NCBI GenBank assembly: GCA_046735375.1
Contig: JBKPTD010000041.1
Span: 35,395 to 99,394, forward strand
Direction of reading: 5' to 3'
DNA: 64,000 bases
Origin: Actinomycetota bacterium
Lineage (GTDB): Bacteria; Actinomycetota; Actinomycetes; JAKEEW01
Shown in pieces: positions 1 to 9,626 of this stretch (its first letter is position 1; every line of letters starts with the position of its first letter). The position numbers were made by a program, and so were the translations under genes. The notes beneath the pieces were generated by a model. It was not told where the DNA came from. It did not search any database and saw only the letters and a program-made list of their open reading frames with translations.

Positions 1-738
1 TAGCTTCGCCACGCGGTTGCGGATGCGTCGCCGATCCGTTTCGATCTTCGTCTCGCCGGGACCGCGGGTGCCGATCCCGCCACCCCCGGCGACCCGGCCA
101 CCGGCCTGCCTCGACATCGACTCGCCCCAGCCTCGAAGCCGCGGCAGCAGGTACTGCATCTGTGCGAGCTCGACCTGCACTTTTCCTTCCCGGCTGCGAG
201 CGTGCTGGGCGAAGATGTCGAGGATCAAGGCAGTACGGTCGATGACCTTGACCTTGACCACATCCTCGAGCTGGATGAGCTGACCCGGGCTGAGTTCGCC
301 GTCGCAGATCACCGTGTCGGCACCGGTGGAGACGACGATCTCACGCAGCTCACGGGCCTTGCCCGAACCGATGTAGGTCGCGGGATCCGGTTTGTCCCGT
401 CGCTGGATCAGACCCTCAAGCACGGCAGACCCCGCTGTCTCCGCGAGAGCGGCGAGCTCGATGAGCGAGTTCTCTGCGTCCCGCACACCGCCGTCGGTCC
501 ATACGCCGACCAGGACGACGCGCTCGAGGCGCAGCGCGCGGTATTCGACCTCGGTAATGTCCTCGAGCTCGGTACGGAGGCCGATGACCCGACGCAGCGC
601 GGCCCGATCCGCGAGATCAAGCTGCTGACCGTCGATGTCTCCGGATTCCCCATCGAGAGGATCCGCGCGGCCCGAGCCCGCCTCCCGGTCTGATCGAGGA
701 TCGCGCCAGCCGTCCATCGGACCTGCGCTGGCGCTCAT
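1..738 (-). CDS. hflX: GTPase HflX, N-terminal ~245 aa; 3' end runs off the window start
   Basis: Reverse-strand translation gives MSASAG...GKARELREIVVSTGADTVICDGELSPGQLIQLEDVVKVKVIDRTALILDIFAQHARSREGKVQVELAQMQYLLPRLRGWG, the typical HflX N-domain. It sits downstream of dapF, as in actinobacterial miaA-dapF-hflX synteny. Confidence 0.8.
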   Translation of the reverse strand, partial: MSASAGPMDGWRDPRSDREAGSGRADPLDGESGDIDGQQLDLADRAALRRVIGLRTELEDITEVEYRALRLERVVLVGVWTDGGVRDAENSLIELAALAETAGSAVLEGLIQRRDKPDPATYIGSGKARELREIVVSTGADTVICDGELSPGQLIQLEDVVKVKVIDRTALILDIFAQHARSREGKVQVELAQMQYLLPRLRGWGESMSRQAGGRVAGGGGIGTRGPGETKIETDRRRIRNRVAKL

Positions 739-889
739 CGGGTTGTGATCAGGGAATTCAGACATACCGGATGGGTCAACGCCTTTCTTCGGCCGGATAC
801 TCCCCCCAGGTTGGCATACCGACACCTCATCGTGCATTCGCGTTTTCCGCCGGAGGCGCCGTACTGACTAGGTGCTGCGCGTCTTCGCG

Positions 890-1777
890 CTACCCCGTCC
901 GACGACCGCTTGCCTGTTGGGTGCTGATCCAGTCACTGCTGACAGTGCCCTCGGCGACAAGAACCGCCGGTCCGGTCAATGTCATTCTTCGATCGGCTAC
1001 GGTGACGACTAGCCGCCCGCCCGGAGTGTCGACCATCCAGTCGCCATCCCCCTGACCGCTGTGGGGGTCGATAGTCGACTCTGCGGCGGCGACGGCAACC
1101 GCGCAGGCACCCGTACCGCAGGAGCGAGTCTCACCGACACCCCGCTCATAGACGCGCATGGCGAGGTGACGCGGCCCGCGGCTCTCGACAAACTCAACGT
1201 TCGCCCCGGCAGGGAACGCGGCCGCGGGCCTGATCTCGGGTGAAACGGCCAGCTTCCCTGCGACCTCCAGATCATCAACGAAGACGACCGCGTGCGGGTT
1301 GGGAACGTACACCGGCAGCGCTGGCCGGGGGACGCCGTCGACCACGACATGCACCGGACCGAGTGCCGGAAGCTCGTACTCACCCATCTCCACGGAAACG
1401 TCGCCGAGTGGCCCGAGTCGTACCCGCCTCAGCCCGCCGCGGCTCGCGATCGCGAACTCGCCGGCGAGCTCCCGATAGGTGGCGACAAGGTAGCGGGCGA
1501 AAACACGGATCCCGTTGCCGCACATCTCCGCGACGCTGCCATCGGCATTGCGATAGTCCATGAACCATCGTGCGCCGTCCGACATTTGCGCGCCCTCGGG
1601 ATCGGCCGCAGCTAGCACGGCCCGCAGGACGCCGTCCGCGCCGAGCCCGCGACGGCGGTCGCAGAGCGCTTGGACAAGAGGAGGCGTGAGATCGAGCGCA
1701 CGCTCGGGGTCGAAGAGGACGACGAAGTCGTTCTCGGTGCCGTGCCCCTTCGCATAGCGCACCTCGTCCGGGATCAC
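890..1777 (-). CDS. dapF: diaminopimelate epimerase
   Basis: 295 aa with KGHGTENDFVV near the N-terminus and the catalytic Cys region CGNGIRVFARY / SCGTGACAVA. Lies between miaA and hflX. Confidence 0.9.
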   Translation of the reverse strand: MIPDEVRYAKGHGTENDFVVLFDPERALDLTPPLVQALCDRRRGLGADGVLRAVLAAADPEGAQMSDGARWFMDYRNADGSVAEMCGNGIRVFARYLVATYRELAGEFAIASRGGLRRVRLGPLGDVSVEMGEYELPALGPVHVVVDGVPRPALPVYVPNPHAVVFVDDLEVAGKLAVSPEIRPAAAFPAGANVEFVESRGPRHLAMRVYERGVGETRSCGTGACAVAVAAAESTIDPHSGQGDGDWMVDTPGGRLVVTVADRRMTLTGPAVLVAEGTVSSDWISTQQASGRRTG

Positions 1778-1816
1778 CCGCCTGATGGTACGCGGCCTCG
1801 TGGCTGCGGCCTTTGC

Positions 1817-2800
1817 TTAGGAAGTCGCCTCCGTCTGCACGATCGCCATCGCGGCGTTCACGAGATCGGGCAGGTCGTATGCGAGCCATCGGATGCGAGG
1901 GTCACGGCGGAACCAGGAGTCCTGGCGGCGGGCGAAGCGCCTCGTCGCTCTGATCGTTTCCGCCTTGGCCTGCTCCGCCGTCCACTCCCCGGCGAGATAG
2001 CGAAGCACCTGCGCATAACCCAGCGCATGCGATGCCGTCCGGCCCTTCCGTAGCCCGGCGGACTCGAGGTCGCGCACCTCCTGGACGAGACCGTGCGCCC
2101 ACATCTGCTCGACGCGGACCGCAATGCGACGATCGAGGTCTGGCCGTGGTACAGCGAGCCCGATCTGGATGGCAGGGTAGATCGATCGGTGCTCTGGCAT
2201 TTCGGCGGCAAACGGCCGACCGGTGATCTCGATGACCTCCAGGGCACGGATAATCCGCCGCCCGTTACTGGGGAGAATCCCCGCCGCGGCGGCTGGGTCG
2301 ACGGCGCGCAACCTTTCGTATAGCGACGGAGGCCCGAGCGTGGTCAACTCTGCTTCCAGGCGTTCCCGTACCGCCGGATCGGTCCCCGGAAAGTCAAGGT
2401 CGTCGAGCACCGCTCGCACATACAGGCCGGACCCGCCAACGAGCACCGGGGTGCGAGCCAGAGCGAGCAGGCTCTCCATCACGTCCCGTGCTGCGTGCTG
2501 GTAGACGGCGACGCTCGCGGTCTCGGTAACTTCCCAGATGTCGAGCAGATGGTGCGGCACGCCCCGCTGACGAGATCCGAGGAGTTTGGCGGTCCCGACG
2601 TCCATGCCGCGATAGAGCTGCATCGAGTCGGCGTTCACGATCTCGCCATGGAGGCCCTTTGCGAGCTCGATTCCCAGCTCAGACTTACCGGCCGCAGTGG
2701 GTCCGACGACCGCAACCACCCCCGCGATCCGTCCGGGCGTGGTCGGCTCCGGATCGCTCGGCCGTGGTGGTGGCAGGTGGGACTGTCGCATCAGGGGCAA
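1817..2800 (-). CDS. miaA: tRNA dimethylallyltransferase
   Basis: P-loop [10 protein letters not shown], and [16 protein letters not shown], characteristic of MiaA. The exact N-terminus is uncertain. Confidence 0.9.
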   Translation of the reverse strand: MPLMRQSHLPPPRPSDPEPTTPGRIAGVVAVVGPTAAGKSELGIELAKGLHGEIVNADSMQLYRGMDVGTAKLLGSRQRGVPHHLLDIWEVTETASVAVYQHAARDVMESLLALARTPVLVGGSGLYVRAVLDDLDFPGTDPAVRERLEAELTTLGPPSLYERLRAVDPAAAAGILPSNGRRIIRALEVIEITGRPFAAEMPEHRSIYPAIQIGLAVPRPDLDRRIAVRVEQMWAHGLVQEVRDLESAGLRKGRTASHALGYAQVLRYLAGEWTAEQAKAETIRATRRFARRQDSWFRRDPRIRWLAYDLPDLVNAAMAIVQTEATS

Positions 2801-4302
2801 GCAGCCGGCTCCGGTGGCGCAGAGCTTGGCACGCCGACCGTCGGGATGCCAAGGGAGACCGCTGAACGTCCAGATGAAGAGGTTGGGGTTCCCTGGCGGG
2901 CGGCCCAGACATCCCCGGCTCGGGTACGGCGCACAGAAAGGACCTCGCCATCGGCCACAAGGTGATGCGGTGCGGCGTAGCTGATCTCGACGGTCACCAT
3001 GTCGCCAGGGCGGATCGGACCGTGCCGGTCGAGACTGCCAGGGCCCTCGTCCCTTGGCGGTGTGAAGTGAACCAGGCGGTTATCTCGCGCCCGGCCGGAG
3101 AGCCGGTGGGTCGCGACATCCTTGCGGCCCTCACCCTCAGCGACAAGCAGCTCGACCACTCGGCCAACCTGCTTCCTGTTCTCCTCCCAACAGATGCGGT
3201 CCTGCAGCGCGACCAGCCGCTCGTAGCGCTCCTGAACGACCTCCTTCGCTACCTGCCCGTCCATCTCGGCAGCCGGCGTCCCTGGGCGCTTGGAGTATTG
3301 GAAGGTGAAGGCGCCGGCAAAGCGCGACCGCTCGACAACTGAGAGCGTCTGTTCAAAATCATCGTCCGTCTCGCCCGGAAACCCGACGATGATGTCGGTC
3401 GTGATCGCCGCATCGGGGATCACGGCACGGACACGTTCGATGATGCCGAGGTAACGCTCCTGCCGGTACGAGCGCCGCATGGCACGCAGAATCCGGTCGG
3501 AGCCGGATTGCAGGGGCATGTGCAGCTGCGGCATCACCGTCGGTGTCTCCGCCATCGCCACGATGACGTCGTCGGTGAACGCCGCGGGATGCGGGCTGGT
3601 AAACCGGATTCGCTCGAGGCCGTCGATCGCTCCGCAGGTCCGCAGCAGTCGTCCGAACGCCAGCCGATCGCCGAACTCGCTGCCGTAGGTGTTCACATTC
3701 TGGCCTAGCAGAGTCACCTCGAGCGCACCCTCGGCGACCAGTGCCTCGATCTCGGCGACGATCTCCTCTGGTCGGCGGTCCTTCTCCCGGCCGCGCAGCG
3801 CCGGGACGATACAGAAGGTGCAGGTGTTGTTGCAGCCGACCGAGATCGCTACCCAGGCTGCGTACGGAGACTCACGGCGAGTCGGCAGCGTGGAGGGGAA
3901 GACCTCCAGCGACTCCAGGATCTCGACCTGTGCCTCCTCATGGATCCTGGCCCGCTCGAGGAGGGTGGGGAGGGACCCGATGTTGTGGGTGCCAAAGACC
4001 ACGTCCACCCATGGCGCTCGCCGGACGATCTCGCCGCGATCCTTCTGAGCGAGGCAGCCGCCGACGGCGATCTGCATGCCGGGCGTTCGAGCTTTGACCG
4101 CGGCCACGTGCCCGAGGTTGCCGTAGAGGCGGTTGTCAGCGTTCTCGCGTACGGCGCAGGTGTTGAAGACCACGACGTCAGGCGTTCGGCCTGTGGGCGC
4201 CCGGAGATAGCCCGCGTCCTCGAGCAGCCCAGCCAGCCGCTCCGAGTCGTGGACGTTCATCTGGCACCCGTAGGTGTGGATCTCGTAGGTCCGCGCGCTC
4301 AT
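2791..4302 (-). CDS. miaB: tRNA-i6A37 methylthiotransferase (radical SAM)
   Basis: Starts [21 protein letters not shown], has the radical-SAM CNNTCTFC motif and a TRAM-like C-terminus. Overlaps the miaA start by about 10 nt. Confidence 0.9.
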   Translation of the reverse strand: MSARTYEIHTYGCQMNVHDSERLAGLLEDAGYLRAPTGRTPDVVVFNTCAVRENADNRLYGNLGHVAAVKARTPGMQIAVGGCLAQKDRGEIVRRAPWVDVVFGTHNIGSLPTLLERARIHEEAQVEILESLEVFPSTLPTRRESPYAAWVAISVGCNNTCTFCIVPALRGREKDRRPEEIVAEIEALVAEGALEVTLLGQNVNTYGSEFGDRLAFGRLLRTCGAIDGLERIRFTSPHPAAFTDDVIVAMAETPTVMPQLHMPLQSGSDRILRAMRRSYRQERYLGIIERVRAVIPDAAITTDIIVGFPGETDDDFEQTLSVVERSRFAGAFTFQYSKRPGTPAAEMDGQVAKEVVQERYERLVALQDRICWEENRKQVGRVVELLVAEGEGRKDVATHRLSGRARDNRLVHFTPPRDEGPGSLDRHGPIRPGDMVTVEISYAAPHHLVADGEVLSVRRTRAGDVWAARQGTPTSSSGRSAVSLGIPTVGVPSSAPPEPAACP

Positions 4303-4362
4303 GACCCGTCAAGGGTACGAGCCGCTGCGGATGCGGCGGTAATCCGGCGTTGCCCAGCCTGC

Positions 4363-5985
4363 TCAGCGGGCCGTTTCGATGGCTCGGCTCTCTCGGACGA
4401 CCGTGACGCGGATCTGACCCGGATAGGTCAGCTCCTCCTCGACCTGCTTGGCGATGTCGCGGGCGAGCACCTGCGCCTGGATGTCGTCGACCTGGTCGGG
4501 AAGAACCATGACGCGCAACTCTCGCCCGGCTTGCATGGCGAAGACTCTTTCAATGCCTTCGTGCGCCGTGGCGATCTGCTCGAGCCGCTCCAATCGCTTG
4601 ACGTACGCCTCGAGCGATTCCCGCCGAGCCCCCGGACGGCCCCCGCTGATGGCATCCGCGGCCTGAGTGAGCACCGCCTCCACCGTCCGCATCTCGACCT
4701 CGCCATGGTGGGCCTCGATCGCGTGGACGACGTCGTCAACCTCGCCGTAGCGGCGTGCGATCTCGGCTCCGATGAGCGCATGCGAGCCCTCGACCTCGTG
4801 CGTGAGTGCCTTACCGATGTCGTGGAGCAAGGCGCACCGCTTGAGGAGCTGGCGATCCAGTCGTAGTTCGCTCGCCATCATCCCGGCGATGCGGGCGCTC
4901 TCGACGAGATGCTTGAGGACGTTCTGCCCATAGGAGGTGCGGTAGCGGAGGCGGCCAAGCAGAGCGATGAGCTCGGGGTGCATATCGGTGACGCCGAGCT
5001 CCACAAGTGCGTCCTCACCGGCGCGGACACACAGCTGGTCCACCTCGGACTTGGCCCGCTCGTGGGCCTCCTCGATCCGCTGCGGGTGAATGCGGCCGTC
5101 GAGCACCAGACTCTCAAGTGCGATTCGAGCGACCTCACGACGAACCGGATCGAAGCACGACAGCAGCACTGCCTCGGGCGTGTCATCGATGATCAGGTTG
5201 ACGCCGGTCACGGCCTCGAACGCACGGATGTTGCGGCCTTCTCGGCCGATGATCCGCCCCTTCATGTCGTCGCTGGGCAAATGGAGTACGGAGACCACGG
5301 ACTCAGCAGTCTGTTCGGTGGCAAGGCGCTGAATCGCGAGGGTGATGATGCGCCTGGCGCGCTCGTCTCCCTGCTCACGAGCCTCGGCTTCGATATCCCT
5401 GACGATGATCGCCGCGTCGCGTTTTGCCTGGTTCTCGATGGTCGCGACGATCTCCGCCTTCGCCTGGTCAGCCGTGAGCCCGGAGGTCCGCTCAAGGATG
5501 AGTCGCCGATCCTCCTCGATGTCGAGAAGCTCGGCACGCTTCTGCGCGATCTCATTCTCCTGGAGGTCAAGCTCGCGAGCCCGCTCCTCCACCAGCGCCT
5601 GGTCGGTATGCGCCCGCTCCTCGCGCTCCGCGAGCCGGTGCTCGCGCCGCTCCAGATCGAGGCGCAGCTCACGCAGATCTTCCTTGAGATGCCTGGCCTC
5701 TTCTTCGGCCTCCCGCTTGGCCTGCTGCGCCTGGTCAGCGATCTTTTGGGCTTTCGCGCAGATATCCGCGGCCTCGGTCTCAGCTCGCTGCCTGATCTCA
5801 CCGGCCTGACGGCGGGCTTCGTCGAGCTCAACCTGGGCAATCGCGGACACCTGCTGCTCGCTGTGGGCAGTGGCGTCGTGCCGCCGACGCACGACACGGG
5901 TGACGACGAGGTATCCGACAACGAGAATCGCGATAAGTACGGCGGCGAGGAGGCCGATTACCAGCAGTCCCAGCACGCCGCTCAT
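4363..5985 (-). CDS. rny: ribonuclease Y (N-terminal TM helix, KH domain, HD domain)
   Basis: N-terminal membrane helix, coiled-coil region, a KH domain (GRIIGREGRNIRAFE) and an HD domain (LLHDIGKA). The start was moved to the Met at 5985, which is preceded by AGGAG. The track ORF extends to 6051. Confidence 0.85.
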   Translation of the reverse strand: MSGVLGLLVIGLLAAVLIAILVVGYLVVTRVVRRRHDATAHSEQQVSAIAQVELDEARRQAGEIRQRAETEAADICAKAQKIADQAQQAKREAEEEARHLKEDLRELRLDLERREHRLAEREERAHTDQALVEERARELDLQENEIAQKRAELLDIEEDRRLILERTSGLTADQAKAEIVATIENQAKRDAAIIVRDIEAEAREQGDERARRIITLAIQRLATEQTAESVVSVLHLPSDDMKGRIIGREGRNIRAFEAVTGVNLIIDDTPEAVLLSCFDPVRREVARIALESLVLDGRIHPQRIEEAHERAKSEVDQLCVRAGEDALVELGVTDMHPELIALLGRLRYRTSYGQNVLKHLVESARIAGMMASELRLDRQLLKRCALLHDIGKALTHEVEGSHALIGAEIARRYGEVDDVVHAIEAHHGEVEMRTVEAVLTQAADAISGGRPGARRESLEAYVKRLERLEQIATAHEGIERVFAMQAGRELRVMVLPDQVDDIQAQVLARDIAKQVEEELTYPGQIRVTVVRESRAIETAR

Positions 5986-6662
5986 GGCATTCACTCCTCG
6001 CGTCGTGTCCCGCGCCGAACGCGGAACGGCCGGCCGGCTCGAGGGAAACACTGACGCGCGACTCGTTCAGCGCTCGCTCCGCTGACCGTTTGCGGCCGCC
6101 GATGAACGACATGAGCCGAGCCGGGCGGTCCCGCTGCTCCAGATCGGATACCCGCAAGTGCTCGACTCATCCGAAGGAGCTCAGCGGGCCACGCCGTTAG
6201 GCCTTCTGCTCCGCTCGGCCGTGGCGACGGGTCACCGCTCACTCCGGGTAGGCCGAAGCCGACAGGACCGATGATCTGCCCCGTCCATGCGGTGATCTTC
6301 TGTGCCAGCGGCCTCGCCGAGCGAGCGCCGCCGTCCTTTCTCTATAGGCCAACAGGGTGGCGCCGGGATGTCGTCTTTGTTCCGTACTGCGGCTGGTGAT
6401 GCGTTCAGCGATTCACGTGTCGGGTGTTACCCCTCTACTGGTCTGAGGCTAAGTCGAGGTAACGAACGGGTCAAGCTGTTGACGCGGAACGGCTGCGACG
6501 ACTCTCTCGGAGGCCCACTAACCCGGCCGAGAGCACCTTTCACGACATCCGGCGCAACCGCGTCCAAGCCGTGAGAAAGACAGCGAGCCTGTCGCTGGAC
6601 AGGCCATTGGCGCGCCCACGCTCACTTTAGGACTCCTCGGGTGAGGAAGGAGGAGCTCTTAG

Positions 6663-7202
6663 TCAGCCATCCGGTAGGGATTCGATCACCTCGGGGAGCT
6701 CTTCACCCTCCCTGGCGAGCGCTTCCCGAACGACGTCATAGACCACCTGCGCTGAATAGCCCTGACGGGCAAGAATCCCGGTCAGCCGCCGAGCCCGCCG
6801 CTGGGCCGGCTGCCCCCGCGTCCCCGCCAGCCGCACCTCGACGAGGGCTCGGGCGGTGGCTCTCTCTTCCTCCGGCGTGATCATGCTAAGGCTCTCGTTG
6901 GTCAGCTTCTGGTCGACTCCACGGCGCCTCAGCTCATGCGCCAGCTTTCGCGGCCCGACGCCCCTGCCCCGGTGACGGCTGTCCACCCAGGCGGCGGCGA
7001 ACGCCTTATCGTCAACGAGACCGACGGTCTCGAGGCGGCTGAGGATGTCGGCGGCGATCCCATCCTCGATGCCGCGCCGACGCATCGCTGTCGCAAGCTG
7101 CGCCCGGGTGCGCGCGGAGTAGGAGAGCTGGCGCAAACAGATCTCTCGCGCCCGCTCGTACCCCTCCTCCGCCGTCGGACGCTGTGGAATGTCCTGCTGC
7201 AC
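6663..7202 (-). CDS. recX: recombination regulator RecX
   Basis: 179-aa helical-repeat protein immediately downstream of recA, with a 2-nt gap. Confidence 0.85.
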   Translation of the reverse strand: MQQDIPQRPTAEEGYERAREICLRQLSYSARTRAQLATAMRRRGIEDGIAADILSRLETVGLVDDKAFAAAWVDSRHRGRGVGPRKLAHELRRRGVDQKLTNESLSMITPEEERATARALVEVRLAGTRGQPAQRRARRLTGILARQGYSAQVVYDVVREALAREGEELPEVIESLPDG

Positions 7203-7204
7203 GG

Positions 7205-8269
<1,065 letters not shown>

Positions 8270-8394
8270 CCCTGTGCTGGGTCGTCGTGTGCGTCTCATC
8301 GGCGCCGACGCTACGGCCTCGCCCCGACAGTTTGGTGCTGCCGACACGCGCCAGTGGATAACTCGGCGTCTTTCTCGACTCTGTGGACAGTAGC

Positions 8395-8409
8395 CGAACA
8401 CATGTTCGA
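8395..8409. promoter_or_regulatory. LexA (Cheo-type SOS box) operator CGAACACATGTTCGA upstream of recA
   Basis: Perfect match to the actinobacterial/Gram-positive SOS box CGAACRNRYGTTCG. It lies about 125 nt upstream of the recA start. Confidence 0.7.
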
Positions 8410-8501
8410 GACGAAGACGACACGCCCGCGGGGGCGTACACGATCACCCACGTATTGGCCGACGGGATCGGAGGAAGGGAGGCGGATCGGAGGCACCAGC
8501 G

Positions 8502-8696
8502 CTAGCGAGCAGATGGCGGCAGTTCGAGCGCGTCACACACCGCGCGCCAGACGTCTTTGACGTCCTCGCCATCCGCGATCGCTTCATGGACGGTACGTCC
8601 GCCGAGGTCGGCGATCACGAAGTCGCGAGCGAAGGAGTCGGCGTAGCTGTCGCCAAACTGCGCACGCATCCGATCCCAGAACTCGGTGTGGCGCAT
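8502..8696 (-). CDS. DUF3046 small protein (Rv2738c-like), conserved upstream of recA
   Basis: 64 aa, MRHTEFWDRMRAQFG...; matches the conserved actinobacterial recA-neighbourhood family. Confidence 0.75.
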   Translation of the reverse strand: MRHTEFWDRMRAQFGDSYADSFARDFVIADLGGRTVHEAIADGEDVKDVWRAVCDALELPPSAR

Positions 8697-8782
8697 GAGA
8701 CCCGCTCCAGTTCACGAGAGAAGCGACGGCGGCCCGGTCATGATGCCTCCGGGCCGCCGTGGGCGAAAGAGAATTGCGGAAC

Positions 8783-9106
8783 TCAGCCCAGCACCCCCGA
8801 CTCCACCAGGCGCTTCAGGGTCAGATCCCAGTTGTCGCCGGGGTGGACCACGGTCAGTGCCTCGATCTCCGCTCTGATCTTGGCACCATGCCCAGCCTCG
8901 GTGAGGCTGCGAATCTCCTCCACGAACGCTTCGGAGTCGGTACGCAGATTCAAGGTCCGTCTCACCACGATGTTGCGAACGTACGCATTCCTCCCGTGAT
9001 TGAGCGGGATGAGGTATTTGATGTCACCAAGGGCCTGAAGGGCTGGGCCGCCACTGGACGCGGCACGTACTGAGGCCCGTGCTGTCTTGGACTGCTTACC
9101 TGCCAC
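8783..9106 (-). CDS. hypothetical protein (~107 aa), family not recognised
   Basis: The ORF is codon-biased. A GTG at 9106 is preceded by a GGAG RBS. The track's longer start at 9151 abuts a hairpin and has no RBS. Confidence 0.4.
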   Translation of the reverse strand: MAGKQSKTARASVRAASSGGPALQALGDIKYLIPLNHGRNAYVRNIVVRRTLNLRTDSEAFVEEIRSLTEAGHGAKIRAEIEALTVVHPGDNWDLTLKRLVESGVLG

Positions 9107-9626
9107 GAGAAACTCCAACACGAAACAAGACGGACGAGGGTACGGACACACAGAACGTCCGCCGGATTAACGGCGGACGCCATGCGAACCGGATCAGCTT
9201 ACTTGGGGTGGCGGCGGGGTCATCGCGATCATTGCGGCCCACAACGTCGCCTTGGACACCGCCGACCCCGCCGACAATATTGACGCCGCCGGCGCCCGTT
9301 TTGTTCCCACGATTCTGAGGCTTCCACGCGGTCGAGAGGACCTCGGATCAGGGCGAAACGCCCGATGCCGCGCGAAAGCAGAGGTGACCCGGGGCCAGAG
9401 CGGGTAGACCACCTGCCTCCATTCCCCGACTTCGCGCCCTACTGCATCACTTCGCGCCTGCAGGCACCACTCCGTGCCCTGAAAGCATCGAGGAAACCGA
9501 CATTTCGGACCGGATTGGATGCACCGGGGCGCGGAGTTCGGCCGGCGTGCCTCCTGCCATGGAGCTGGGGATGGCCCTCGCTCCTGCGGTGGCGAAACTG
9601 TCGGTCTGGTGAGCGAGGATGGGCAC

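Noticed and set aside
4909-6054. 381-aa plus-strand ORF
   Set aside because: Antisense to the strongly supported rny gene. Low-complexity Leu/Gly/Asp composition.
6302-6574. 90-aa plus-strand ORF in the recX-rny spacer
   Set aside because: No RBS. Codon usage unlike neighbouring genes (low third-position GC). Lies in the putative rny leader.
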